Of a DNA stretch of 64,000 nucleotides, positions 14,510 to 30,040 are shown piece after piece. Made by a program: the position numbers and the translations under genes. This DNA is from the human T2T-CHM13v2.0 reference genome, Homo sapiens. How positions within the stretch are numbered: the stretch's first letter is position 1; every line of letters starts with the position of its first letter. Where the stretch lies: assembly GCF_009914755.1 (NCBI RefSeq), contig NC_060925.1. One strand, 5' to 3'. Under the pieces are notes generated by a model. It saw only the letters and a program-made list of their open reading frames with translations. It was not told where the DNA came from and did no database searches.

Positions 14510-16820
14510 ATTTAATTGTTGATTCACATAATACTTGTGCAGGGTATTAAAATTCAGCAAGTACTCAAAGGCTTACAATAAAAAAGGATAGCCTCTTGTT
14601 TATCTCTTCCCCATACCTTCAATTTTACTCCCTAGAAAGAACCATGTTCATGACTTTTAGACTTTTCTTCTGATATTTATATTATTTATATTGATACATA
14701 TGCTTTTACTTAAACTTTTGACATTATTTATCATGTTTCTCCTATAAAAAATGAGGATTTAACTATCTTACAACCAGTCCCCCAACACACCCATGTGAAC
14801 TTTTCTCTTCCTCCATTCTCACACAGTGGTTTTTGGCATGATTTTTGGTTAAATAAACATTCAGTGTTTACATTATTTTGCCCACCTACTCTTCACAGCT
14901 GAGCCACAAAATGTACCGTGATTAATTTCCTTTCTTAAGTTACTTTTTAAAATGTCCAGAAGATAATTTTTTTATATTTTTATTTGTTCTGTCACCAACT
15001 CTTCCTCTAAACTCTGTCAAACTTTTAAAATTTCTCTCAGTGACACAAACACAAAAGGTAATTTATCATATTCATTTCTTTTTTTTAAGATACACCTTTC
15101 AGAGTTCTCTGACTCTTCTGCTATAAATGTGTCATCCTGGGAATATCTCTGCTTTGCTTCTGTGTTGAATGCCTTGTTCTGTAGCTCTCATATTCTGCCA
15201 TTTCTTCATTTGATGGAGCACATCCTCTAATGGCCTCCTAGAAATGTTATAAGGGAGTGAAATGTTTGAGACTTGCATATCTAGGAATGTGTTTATGCTA
15301 CTACCCTTACACTTGATTGACAGTTTGGCTGGGTATACGATTCCAGTTTGCCAATCATTTCTCCTTAGAATTGTGAAGACATTCCTCCACTTTACTCTAG
15401 ATTCTGAGCTTGCTGCTTGTTAGCCTATAGGATTTCTGATTTTAGGATCTTCTCTTTTTCCAACTATAAAATTTCACAATGATGTGCCTTGGTGTTATAG
15501 TTCTGGGAACTCAGAAAGTCCTTTTCAATTGGGAGACTCAGATCTTTCAGGTCAAGATTTTCTTGTATTACTTTCTTGAAAAATTTATTATTCCATTTTA
15601 TCTGTTAACTTTTTCTAAAATGCCTACTAGTATAATGTTTTACTTCTTGCATTGATTCTCTAAGTTTTGCATTTTTTCTGCTTTTTTTCATATCTTGATC
15701 TTTTTGGTTACTTTCTGAAGATTTCTTCAACATTTTCCAATATTCTGCTGAATTTTTATTTCATGATATTTTTACATTTCCCATAGTATTTTTTAATTTT
15801 TTGAATGTTTATTTTATATTTTTCTGGTTTCGTCTTACGGATGTAACATCTTCTGACGTCTCACATGATACTAAGCCCAGGGTATTCACCCTGCTCCACT
15901 TCTCTGTTACTAAAATTTTGTTACTAAAATTGTCTTTCATGGCGAACACTTTCCTCAGATCCCTTGTGATTCTTAGTTATCCATTTACATTTATCAACAA
16001 GGAACTAAAGAGCTGATTGTGTGCACAGGTGGAGCTTGCTATCCAATGGGCTTCACTGCAGTGCTATAAGGTAGGAGCCTGGCCATTTTGCTGGGGAGCC
16101 TCAAAGTGTCAGGTCTTTTCTCTTGGTTTCTCCATAGAGGAATCCTTCTGCCTGGGAGATATAATTCTGGAAGCGAATGTTCTGCGAATTGAGAAAGGAA
16201 GGAGACTGGATGTCACCTTTAAATATAAACTTTTTCACTCGGTCCCCATTTTCAAACCTTTGTACTATATCAAACACATTCTATTAACAAAGCCCAACAT
16301 TGAACCAATCAGCAAGGGAAAAATCCTCACAGGATCCAGCTCCAGTATAAACAGATAACTGGCACATTCACCCTTCCTTGGCCTGTTATCTCTGAGTTTG
16401 GAGTCTCTTTGTCAATTTCTTAAGCATAAGTTTTTGTTTCCTAGTGGGGTGAAGGAAGGGACCTGGGGTCTGTTTGCTGCTTACACGGACTGTGAATCGA
16501 TGCTCCTCTTTTTATCTCCACCTCTTATCCCTAAGTTTCTGGTGCCTCTAATCTGTGAGTCTCTATGAGGCTCACTTGAGCAAATTGGCTTCCCATTATA
16601 GCTTCCCCTATTGCACATGGAGTTTCCTCCATGCTGCTATATCATTCAGCATTTGTCTACCCGCTTTAAGACTTCCAAGCTTTTGTTGACATCCTTTTTC
16701 TAGGGTCATCTTTTCTCATGTTTTCTTTGTTCTTGTGGATTTATGACTTTTACAAAAATTGTCATTTTATTGGAGTTCCAGATGGGATAAAGATAACTAT
16801 TCCTTAAATTCCCCATGTTT
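14510..16820 (-). mobile_element. HAL1/L1ME-type element (ORF1 antisense next to a 3' UTR-like segment)
   Basis: T-rich; acttgattgacagtttggctgggtata and tttcacaatgatgtgccttggtgt are antisense ORF1; no ORF2 recognised. Confidence 0.65.
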
Positions 16821-16959
16821 AACCTACCAATCTTTTACTGAAAGTTTAAGTATTTATTCATAAATTAAAGAAAACTAGTTCGATTAAGCCGTGATTAATA
16901 ACAAATCATTTTTAGTTTGGAAGGTATTTAATTTACTTCCATGGGTACAGACTTCTTCA

Positions 16960-17156
16960 AATCTTACTCTATAACTATCAAAGATTGGTCCAAGAAACAC
17001 AAGCATCAAAATCAACTTATGGTATTTGTTGAAAATGCAAAAACATGAGCTTACCCTAGACTGTATGCATCAGAGTCTTTGGGGATTGGGCTAAGTACTC
17101 TGCATCTTAAACACATTTCTCAGATGATTAACAACTCTGAAGTCTAAGAACCACTG
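16960..17156. mobile_element. MER5-family hAT MITE
   Basis: ttgttgaaaatgca...atcagagtct...ctgcatcttaaaca...agaaccactg. Confidence 0.7.
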
Positions 17157-17679
17157 TTCCATTTTGTACTATTAATAAGTGATAGAATCTTTTGATTTGG
17201 CATTTTGGTGAAAAAGTACATTTTATTAGGAAAAGAACCCCCAAAAATGACTCTCAAATAATAATGTCTTATTTGTAGTTTTTTATCCATATCTTGTTAA
17301 GTCTCGCTTATTGGCCAAAACCACTATAAAAGAAAGCATCATCAGTCATCTGTTGTTTTGCTACCTGAAACTTAAGGAAAGAGTCTCAGAATTCCAGCTC
17401 CACAGATTCAGACACATGAAAATGACAACAAACGTCACTGCCTCCATTAGACTGGGGGTGAAAATGAATGCATGTTCCAAGGCCTTGATGAACTAAACTA
17501 ATTATGCAAAGTGAAACCCTCCATTAGTCTTTTGTTCCAGTCCTAGTCTCTAGCTGACTGTAAAGTGGGAAATCAACCTTTATGGGTTCCAGGAAGGCCT
17601 GAAAAAGGTAACAGCAACCTTCCCCCCTCACCCTCCAGGCCTTGGCCACACAGCGACAGGTTTTGTTTTGTGGCAAAAT

Positions 17680-19150
17680 ATTTTGTACTCAAGATTATTA
17701 CTTTTTCTTTTAAAATAGTAACATTAATGTTCTTTCTGCTTATAAAATTAATACATACTGACTGATGAAAAATTAGAAAACTGAGAAAAAAATGAGAAGA
17801 AAATAAAATTTACCCAAATCCCAGAGATAGCCAGTGTTAACATGGTAGTACATTCCCTTCTAGTTCTATTTCTGCACATCCGTGTTTTAACACAGTTAAG
17901 GACTTTGAAGCAGTTGTATACCCTGCTTTTTTTCTACTTCTCATTTTGTAAGCCTGTCTCCACATAAAGTTCTTCGTACACATATTTAAAGGTGTATAGC
18001 TACCCATTCATTTGGCCACTCCCCAACTGCTGGATATTTAAGTTGTTTCCAACTTTTTGCTGTTACAAATAACATGATATTCAGCTTTTTATATAAGTTT
18101 TGGCCCACATTTCTAGTTTTTTCCTAAGGATGCATTCCTGGAGGCTATGAATATTTTAAGGCTCTTGATAGAAGCTGTTACACTATTTTTCAGAAAAGTT
18201 CTTTCAAGACACTCTTTTCTACTAGCAACAAATGAGAGTGTTCCTCTCATTACAGTTTCAACAGCTCTAGATATTATAAATTTTTTATCAAAATAACATA
18301 GATTATTTTAAAAATCAGTATTCTCAAAAGACATAATAAAAGACACCAGTCCCCTGGCCTACCGTGCTCTGCCCTCCTGTTCACAGCCCAGATGCCACTA
18401 CTCTTAATGTTTTTAGATTATTTTAGGTATTTACAATAATATGTTTATTTCATAATTTCAAAATTTTAGACATTATCTATTCATTTACTGCTGCAAAAGA
18501 TTAGGACTTAGCTAATTTACATCAACTCCACACTTCCTCACTCTTTTCTTCTCACATCCTCCCAATAAACTTATATCGCTGTGTTTAAGCAAAGCAATAA
18601 TAAATCTACAATTATTAAGTAATATAACAATAATATCTTGTTATAATTACCATTAATATATTTGTTATGTTATAATTAACAAAATAATAATTGTTGTAAC
18701 TGCACAAATATTATTCAACACGTTGTATATTAATATTATGCATTGACTTCTCTGTCTCTTTTTCTTTAGGCTGGCATTTTTAATTGTGCTTTTCTTCTTG
18801 CATTGTTCTCCTTATAGTTCACATTTGGCACCATTACATCAAGTATTCTTTTAAGTCTCCCATTTTCCTAAAGATCTTCCTGCCAAAGTTCTTCATACTC
18901 ATGTTTTAAGATGGACCAGGAATCAAATTATTATCTAAACAGAATTCTAATTAATCTAATTTTTAATTCTCTGACTCTGCCTTTTGGTGCCGGAAGTTTC
19001 TGAGCCTTGAGGTGCTGCGGGCCAGCCAGCTGTCATCCTGTCTGCACCCTACGGTGGCTCTGTGGGCACATCAAGCTGTGGTTTCTTCCAGCCTACTCTT
19101 TCAAACACCAGTTTGCAAGAATTCTGTTGAAATTTCTCACTCTCAGATAG
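17680..19150 (-). mobile_element. L1ME/HAL1 3' fragments
   Basis: ccagagatagccagtgttaaca; tggatatttaagttgtttccaactttttgctgttacaaataa. Confidence 0.6.
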
Positions 19151-19159
19151 CCCATATCC

Positions 19160-19750
<591 letters not shown>

Positions 19751-20200
19751 TGAGATTGGTCCTTACTACTATTAGGACTAAATAAGATGATGTACAAACA
19801 GGATCCAAAGCATAAAATTTTTTCGAAACTAGTCAGAAGTTATTATTTTTAAAAATGTTTTGATAGTTTGGCAGATTAAAAATGCTACCTTGTTTAAATT
19901 TACATTTTTTGTACTGGTGAGGCTGAAATACTTTCATGTGTTTATTTTGCAATCTGCATTCATTCTGCTGTGATTTGCCCAAGTCTTTTGTTAACATTGA
20001 TTGACAATAATATGTTTATTATTACCCACAGGCTCTGGCCCTGCCAGCATGTGACTGCAAAATACAGTCACATTTACTTTAATATTGAAATCACTCTGAA
20101 TCACTACATCACAAATTAATAAGAAATTTGCTGTTTACCTAGGGTTTCTCTTCCCAAGTGACTGTGATTCCCCTGAGTTAAATGGCTGTCCTCGTCACTT

Positions 20201-20215
20201 GCTGCCCCCTGCTGG
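20201..20215 (-). promoter_or_regulatory. CTCF core motif CCAGCAGGGGGCAGC
   Basis: Match to CCASYAGRKGGCR consensus in non-repeat DNA; occupancy unknown. Confidence 0.55.
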
Positions 20216-20609
20216 GAGAGCAGAAACTCACTCAACACTAGAGGGGCTGCACTCCATGGCTATCTGGGGACCTCCCCACACTTTCTTGGGATGGCCCCAC
20301 CTGCTGGTCTCCTAGGCTTCCCACTCCACCATTTCACACCTGGTGGTGGTGATTAGACAACCACGTCAAAGCTCTGCAGGGCTGCAGAGATGGAGCCCAG
20401 CTGGACACCTTTCTCTAACTCTCCTAGTACTCTCTTGTTTTCACTGCCAGCTGCAAGAATTGACCAGATCTCCCAGATGAAGATGAATCCTCCAAGATAT
20501 AATAAAGACCTCAGTATTCAAGTCAACTAGGAATGTCCCATATTGAAAATGCCAAAATCCCAAGTGATTCAGCTCTTTAGTGATATATGTGTGATTAGTA
20601 GTTTTATAT

Positions 20610-20830
20610 ATAACATTTGTTGAGCATTTATTATGTGCTACATATAGCACTCAGTACTTTACATCAATTGTTTCATATTTATTCCTCATTTAAATATTAG
20701 GAGTTATGCATATTATTATTATATGTCCTCTTCATAGATGAGACTTAGACAGAAGTAGGCAACATGCCAAAAGACACACCACCACAAATCCAATTTAGGA
20801 CTGTCAGTCCTCAACACCTACATTTTACAC
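20610..20830 (-). mobile_element. MIR
   Basis: taacatttgttgagcattta...tatgtgc...atagatgaga. Confidence 0.6.
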
Positions 20831-21324
20831 AGTTAAGGGGCTATTTTTTTCTATTTGCATATACTGTACTCATTTCCTCTAAGACCTACTTGGATGGAGT
20901 AGGTTGCCTCTGGGTCCAGACTCTCTCCTTTTGAAGGTACCATAGTTAACTCCTTCACTCTGATCTCAATCAGAGCCACCCCAGTCCATCAACACACATT
21001 TATGTTCTTAAACTTCAAAGTGGGGCAAGTGGCGGGAGAAGTCAAGATCCTAATTCTCTTTTCCCAAAAGAAGATCCTCCTTTACTTAATAAATCCCATA
21101 ACTACATAAGTTAATGATGCAAAGACAGAAGGGAGGCCCAAGTGCCCACGGATACGTTGGGAAAAAAATGGCATTTAACTCTTCCCAGTGGTGTCTAAGC
21201 TCAGTTCTTACTAAGCCAGTCATGTCTTATTACATAAGGTCACTGCTATTTTGTGTGTTCCTTTATAAAATTATTATTTTGTTTTTTTGCCAAGGGATTA
21301 TGGTTTCCAAATGCTGCAAAATAG

Positions 21325-22014
21325 TGACTTTTTACCATTTTAGGTTATCTCGGCATCCATTTTGAATACAAGTTTAACTGTCTCATACCAAAATCAAAAT
21401 CAGGTCTCAGACACCCTTGATACAAGTTTCAGTCCTACACTACACCCACACCCAAATGGCTCAAGCTGGTAGCCAGAAATAAGAACTTAGAGTCCTCTCT
21501 ACCACCTAGCAGACTGGACTCCCCACTTTCCCACCGCTTCCTTTAAAAAAACCACTCAGGCGTTTGCCCAAGAACTGAGAGTCACCCACATCCTATTCCT
21601 TTATACATGCTGCTTATTGCCATGCACATGTGCTCTCTCCCTCTCTCCCAACCCTTTCTTTCTATCTGACTCTTCATTCCTGCCTCATGAGACCCAGGGA
21701 CAGGCTGCCCCAGGCTGGGTTTTTCCCATGATGTTGGGGAGAACACAAGGTCAGGATCCCAATGCTAGAGTGATGGAGGCATAAACTGGATCATAAGCCA
21801 GAAGTCGTCTGCCAGTATAAACAAGTTTCCCACATGAGGGACCCTTGCGGTCGTGGGTTGGGTAACTAGACATTAGGCCATCTGCTAGGTAAAGGGTATC
21901 CCATGAAAGGCACACTGTAAACACCTATGTCCAACCCCCCTTCATTTCCTGTTAGGGCAGGGTTGCTGGCCGCTCTGGTTCTAAACTCCAGTTTATCTAA
22001 GGGCTCTCAAAACA
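21325..22014 (+). mobile_element. ERVL solo LTR (MER54/MER73/LTR53-like)
   Basis: ctcggcatccattttgaata near the start, gggctctcaaaaca end; subfamily and start uncertain. Confidence 0.6.
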
Positions 22015-22128
22015 CACAACCCCTGGGGAAGGAGCAGGGAATGGACAAGTTCAATGGACTCCATGTCTGTCTTAGTTTGCTGTTCCAGGGTCTTTAGTGT
22101 GGCAGGCCTCAGATGAGTACGGTCTCTA

Positions 22129-22612
<484 letters not shown>

Positions 22613-22799
22613 TTAGAGTGAGCTATGATAACGATCACCCTGGTGATTTTTATATCTGCTACAAAATGGAGGGGTGGATCAGCCTTTCACATATGGATCA
22701 GGCTATCATCTTACTTAACTGACCTTGCAATGGAAGGCCTGGGTTGAAATAGGAACATTTGGTAAAGGAAAAGGTAATTTCAAGGCCTCTAACATCACT

Positions 22800-22985
22800 G
22801 GTGAGGATGGAGGCCCTGGAGCCGGTGTGAGTGCTGGCCATATTTACTAGTTTGAGCCTGGATCTGGGCAAGTTATTTGACTCCCTGTCACAGAGGGCTG
22901 TTAATCACACCTATCCCACAGGGTTGTTGTGAGGATTGAATGCAGCATTGCGTGTAGAGTGCTTAGAATGGCACCTGGCAGGCGA
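22800..22985 (+). mobile_element. MIR
   Basis: tgggcaagttattt...cctatcccacagggttgttgtgaggattgaatg...gtgcttagaa. Confidence 0.7.
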
Positions 22986-23736
22986 ACGTGGGTTGCTGAC
23001 ACTTATTCCCACATTCCCAGTGTCTGGCACAGTGCCTGGCCCCGGGAGGTGCAATCCATTCTTGTTGCTAATGCTACCATTATCTTCACAGTCTGCGTCA
23101 TGTTTTGTGAGGTCCCTGTGAAAAATTTCCAGTGCTGAGGCCTATGTCTGCCCTCACAGAAAAATACAAAATCCCACATAGGTGATCAAGGCCTGTTTCC
23201 ACATTTCAGTCTGAGGGTTGGCTCGCAGAGAAAATGCTTCATGGGTTTCAGGCTTATCTTATAATAGAAAAGCCTTAATGTGATTATTAGAATCTTTACA
23301 CTTGTGTCTAAATTTACACCTTAATTAGGTCTTGCATCTTTTTTTTCTCTTAGAAGTGAAACCCCAAAACCTGAAGGATAAGGTGTTTGTAAAAGACTTC
23401 CTTCAAAGTGAGAGGACACTACCAAATCACAGGTGTACCTGCAGAGTATCTAAGTGGATAGTGAAAACAGTGAAGTTATCCCAACACAGGAGCACTAGAC
23501 ACCTTGCTTCATTCAGAATTCGATTGCAATTGGCCTGAATTTCTTATATTTCTATTTCACTCTGACATGAGAGTAAACCAATGTTCTGCATTAGATTTGC
23601 AATTATTCTAAAGGCACTGTTACAATTTCCTTTCTTAACTCTTACTGAAAAGAAAGTAGCCTTTTTGTCCCATTAAGGATGGTTTAACATCTTTAAACAT
23701 GGGAAGAAGTCTACCTTATTGAAACATGCTGTAGAC

Positions 23737-24060
23737 CAGGGGCCCCCAGTCCCCAGGTCCATGTCCTGTTAGGAACAGGGCCACACAGCAGCAGGTGAGC
23801 GGTGGGCGAGCGAGCATTACCACCTGAGCCCCGCCTCCTGTCAGATCAGCAGTGGCATTAGATTCTCATAGGAACGTGAACCCTATTGTGAACTGCACAC
23901 GCAAGGGATCTAGGTTGTGTGCTCCTTATGAGAATCTATCTAATGCCTGATGATCTGACGTGGAACAGTTTCATCCCAAAACCATCCCCCCATCCCAGTC
24001 CACAGAATAATTATCTTCCACGAAACTGGTTCCTGGTGCCAAAAAGGTTGGGGACTGCTG
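23737..24060 (+). mobile_element. MER1B (hAT-Charlie)
   Basis: caggggccccca...ggttggggactgctg terminal repeats; 8-bp TSD ctgtagac/ctgtaggc. Confidence 0.92.
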
Positions 24061-24356
24061 CTGTAGGCCATGATAATGTCTATTACATCCTTCTACCTGC
24101 TTGGCTCTTGGTCTGGGGTCTAATACATAATAGACTCTCAATACATTTCTGGTCCACATGTAACTGTTACTAAGATCTCCAAGCACAGACATGGAGGATG
24201 TCCTGGAGGAACAGGTAACAGCAGCAGGCCAATCTGGTAGAAAGGCCATGATGTTAGGACTGAAAGAGACTGCACCGTGGTCCCATGTGGTATGGGAGTC
24301 CTTCATAGAGACTGCTGAGTTACCTTCTGTGTCACAGCCACATAAAACTGAATCCT

Positions 24357-25018
<662 letters not shown>

Positions 25019-25143
25019 ATTCTAAAGACCAAAGTATTGAGTCCACTTCTTACCATCCTCATTAGACACTGAGATTCTTAAATCAGAGACTGTTGTTAAG
25101 TCACGTCCATCAGCTGTACAATCCTACACCTTACTCAGGGTAG

Positions 25144-25483
<340 letters not shown>

Positions 25484-25699
25484 GATTCATTGATTATTTT
25501 AAAGGACAGGTGAAAGAGTTAGTGCCTTAAAGGAGAAGTAATAACTCACTTCTGTGAGTTCAGATTGGTATTGAAGGGACTGGGTCTTGTTCATTTTTGT
25601 AGCCTGAATGTTCCATGCATTCACTCAATAAATTAATATTTATTCGATGAGTGGTTGTACAAGCAAATGAGCAGGAAAACCTCAAGGATCTCCTCAATA

Positions 25700-26480
25700 G
25701 GAGTCCACTGGCCTCTCCTTGGCCCCATTCAGTTCAATGTGAATATCCCATAAACGATGCTAGAGAAGATATGATTTTCAAATTGCAGATGACAGGATGT
25801 GAGTTTATTAGTACCATACTCCACTAATTCTAAGATGTACATTTTAACTTCTAAAATCAGATGCATCATACAATCAGTTGCATCCCACAGTTTAATGGGC
25901 AGTACTGTTTCTTCTTTATGGTAATTTTTTTAAATGCATCTTACAGTTAAAGGAGTTTTCTATTTGATGAAATATGGTATATTGGTTGATGTAATCCAAA
26001 TCAAAGACTATCAACAGGATAGAACAAATAGGAGTGACTTGAACAAGATGGAATTTTGTGGTGATAAACAGTATAGTCCTGCACTTAAGTTCAAAAAATC
26101 AATTGCCCAAGTAAAAGATGAAGACAAGTTGGCTTAAATTCAGTTCCTGTCAGGTTTGAGTAGACTGCTAAGGAAGTCAATAGCCATGTCACTGCCCAAA
26201 AGCTAATGCAATTATAGGCTGTGCTAATAGAAATATAGTGTCCCCAAACAGGCAGAAATATCTCATGGTAATGTTCTTTGGTCAGATAGAGTTTGAAATC
26301 TCTTCTTGCCACATTTTAAGAGGCACATTAACAAACTGGAGCATCTGCTTTTATTGAAATTGTGCTTTGGAGTTAAGCCCTAGATCTACAATGAGAGATG
26401 ACTTTAAAAGAAACAATTTGAGTAAATGTGGTATTGAATTTATCATAAGGAAATTGTTAGATGCATTCTTCTCTGGGAGA
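25700..26480 (+). mobile_element. L3/CR1 RT-region fragment
   Basis: aacaagatggaattt...gtcctgcacttaagttcaaaaaatcaattgc and aaagctaatgcaattataggctg match CR1 MKFNxxKCKVLHLG and KANAILGC. Confidence 0.75.
25814..25977. mobile_element. MER104-like (TcMar-Tc2) MITE nested in L3
   Basis: TA|ccata...tatgg|TA inverted ends; ttctaagatg, gcatcttaca. Confidence 0.7.
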
Positions 26481-27079
26481 ACCCAGGAGAAAATTTTCTT
26501 TTCTGTTCATGTCCAGGGATAGCTACGTTTCCTGTTTGCTTTTATGAAGACTGAATTGTACAACTGCCCCTGTTTCCCTTTTGGCTCTGGCTGCCAGTAA
26601 GTTCAAAAGGCAAATTTAGAGCCTAATACCTAGCCAGGTTTAGAGATCTGTATGGCATGTGTTTGTACACTACACTTACCTTGGGTTAATATTTCCTGCA
26701 CTTATTTCTCTACGCTAATATTTCCTCCATTACTTTTATAATCCTGCTGTATCATTTACGCTTTTGCAAGCTCCTTCAAGTCTCCTTTGGGATACATTGG
26801 GGATATGAATGAATAAACACCAAAAATAACCAAGTAAAAAATGGATGCATATTCAGAGGAGAGCAACTGGGGAGAGAAGTGATGAGGAAATTGTTCCCTA
26901 GAGATGTGGCTGAAGGAACCGGAACTACTGAGAAAGCAGAAGACTGATTGGGGAATGAGAGTAATCCTACACACATTGACAGGCCTATCATACTGGAAAC
27001 AGATTAAATATATTCGGTATGACTCTAAGTAAAATCAGTGAATGTTAGAGAGTGAGTTGTGTTTATTTTCTTTATATAA

Positions 27080-27215
27080 AAGAAAAAGTTGCTAACAATT
27101 TGAGCTGCCCAAAATTAGAATGGCTGCATTGTGAGGAACTGCACTCCTGTTTGTGGAAGTGCTTATGTTGAAGCCGGATGGCCACCTGTCAAGGATGTGA
27201 AAGATGGGATTCCTG
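27080..27215 (+). mobile_element. L3/MIR3 3' end
   Basis: gagctgcccaaaattagaatggctgcattgtgagg...ggatggccacctgtcaaggatg. Confidence 0.55.
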
Positions 27216-28611
27216 AAGGATCCCGGAAGTCTCTCCTGACTGTGAGTCAACATTCTGTGAAATGGAGGCTGAGGTGTGGGAAGAAGACACCTGCTGAGGG
27301 AAGGGGGTTTGGCCAAGAACCTTGCCCTTGTGGAAGGGGATTCAGGGAGACAAAGGCCTCTAGAGAAAGAGAGGTCTCCTCCCAGGGAGAGCTGTCCTCC
27401 TGCCCATGGAGATGTTCTTCCAAGCACAATTCCCACACTGGAAACAGCACAAAGAGAAATCTGGGACACAGACATGAGCACTGAGAAGCACAGGCCTCCA
27501 ACCGGCCTTCCTGTTCTCCGTAGTCCCCTCAATCAGGGGACAGGAAAGTGGCACTCTCAATTCCCTAGAGGTCTTTTATATTCCCTTTCCTGGGTTCAAA
27601 TTCCATCCTTGCCTCCGATTGGCTAACAATTACCTCATTGTCTTTTCACTTGCTTAGAAAATCACATCTGCCTTCTCCACCCCCTTTCCTCCTTTCCCAA
27701 TGCCTCTTACTCCAAAATGACAGCATCTTCCCCTTGTTGTGTATTCCTGCCCTCAAGTTCACAACTCCCCATTGTCTTCGACCTGATGTCCCAGGGCTTT
27801 CAGCTTCTCTTTCCTGACTGCATTAGCCATGCAGATTTATGCAGTGCTTCTCTCAGTCCTCAGCCATCTTCCCTGCTATGTTAATATTCAATGTTTTCCT
27901 TTCCCTCAACTCTGTTTTTAGCAGATCTTATTCCAAACTGCCTCAGAGCCACTCCCAGCTCGGTGGGGGCAGCTGGGTGTGGTGAGCACAGGACACTCCT
28001 TTGGACAGATGGACGGGCGGAGGGGCAGGAAAACACCCCCAGCCCCGGCTCAGCTGCTGAGTGATTTAGCCAAGAGTAGGAGGGGAGGAATGAGACAGCT
28101 CCACCAGCCCAGGCTAAAAACAGACCTGGCCTCCTCCAAATGTTCCACAGATTAGGACCCTCTTCCTCCCTTCTCCATTCCTACCGTCTCTCCAAACCTC
28201 AAATCCTGCAGCCACTGTGTAGCTTCTTTCCCCGTCAAGGCCACTCAGGATGTTGATCTTAATTTGATTTTGACAGACACAAAGAAGAGGAGGGGGACGG
28301 AGTCCACAGTGTGATCTGTCCTCCCCTCTTCTCCCACCTCTCAGGGTGGCCAGGGCCCAGCCAGCAGGACCTACAGCTTTGGTATAATTTACAGCCTGAG
28401 ACTCAGAAGATGGGAACACAGCCAAGGCCATAAACTCTGTTCCGAGTGCTGTGTGACAGTTTATGGTAAAGGGCAGATGGGACTTGCTGGCTCCAGGCCT
28501 GCCCCTTCATTACAGAGCACCCTTCTGCCGCTCCTGTCACCAGCAGGCGGTGGTGACGTGCTGAATGGCAAATGGGAAGCAGACCTGGGTCCTCAAACTT
28601 GGTTCCTGTGT

Positions 28612-28914
28612 CCTGGGATCCCCACACACCCTGGCCATCACATACCCAGATCCCAACACACCTAGCTCCCCGCACACTTAGCTCCCCACACACCCTGGCC
28701 CTCACACACCCCATATACCCAGGTCCCTACACATCCTGGTCCTCACACACCCCACACACCCAGGTCCCTACACACCCTGGCCTTCACACACCAAGGCCCT
28801 CACACACGCAGATCCTCACACACCCAGGTCATCGCACACCCAGGCCCTTGCACACCCTGGTCCTCTCAGACCCTGGTCCTCGAACACCCAGGTCCTTGCA
28901 TCTTCTGGTCCTCC
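28612..28914. repeat. 16-bp minisatellite, consensus ccc(t/a)ggtcctcacaca, about 18 units
   Basis: Units parsed by hand; two 9-bp partial units. Confidence 0.9.
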
Positions 28915-30040
28915 TATGTGGGCCTGTGAGGCACACGCACAGAGAATAGAGTGTCACAGAGTAGGCACATTAACCCATAGCAAAGGTGGGCCGTCAGGAA
29001 GGGGTGGAGGTGCTTCCCTGACTCCCATTCTGTCTACTGAGAAATGGTATGCAAATGAACTTCAGGAGCAGCTTTGAGGGAAAAGGACCACAAAATAAGT
29101 CACTTGAAGAGGGTATGAAGAGGAAGAGGGGCAGGCACTTGTTTATGCAAGTATAATCCAAATGTAAGGTCTGTACCAGCATTTGTCTAAACAACTCTGT
29201 CACTGTCTTATTTTAAAACAAGGGATGGAACCTATCCTAGCCTCCTTTGACTACAGGAAACTTGTTTTTCCCTCACATTTCACCCCATGTATTTCTGAGG
29301 TAACTCCCATCCCTCGAAGTCTTCCCTGGTTGGCCCAGCCCCCTTGGCCGGGCCCTGTCTCCAGCCACAGCTTACTCCACTGCAGTCCTTCAACCACACT
29401 TGGGAGCAGCTTTCTTCTGACTCTCTCAAGCTGGCCACAGGTCCTTCCCTCCATTCCCCACCATGACAGCAAAAACCAAACTGTTAATCTTTAACAAGAT
29501 TCGTACCTAAAGCTTAGGTTAAGGGTATTACAACACAGCCACAAAAATAGCATAAACCTTCATGTCAGAGAGAGGAGAAGACAGAATCTGCAATCCTCGC
29601 CTGCTTATAGAATGCCATCCTGTCCACCTCCCAGCCTGTTCACTCAGGAAGAAGCCAACCTTTCTCTCCCCATGTCTGAGCTCTGCAATCACTTACAGCC
29701 TACGTAGAGCCTCTCACCCCAGCACCCCTGCACAAAGCCCTGAGCTCCACTTCTTAAGGCTCATGGAAAGGAAACTGCAACTCTTCTTGTCCCTCTTAGG
29801 CCTCATTTCCTGTCTCAGGCATTATCTCTTCCAAGGGTGATTGACAGTGGGATGGTTCACTCACTTCAGAACCACGAGGATGACTCATCCAACGTCCTGG
29901 CCTCTGGTTTCCTCCATCTGTTCACCTCCAGCAACCTTTTCCTTCACTTCGTCTCAGCCACCGATACCTGTAATCAGCTTAGACTTTGTCATCACCAAGA
30001 AGAACACCAGCTCTGAAATTTCCCTCTCAGAAATCCCCAC

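Noticed and set aside
27092-27626. Five overlapping ORFs on both strands
   Set aside because: GC-richer patch starting in an L3/MIR3 remnant; no homology recognised.
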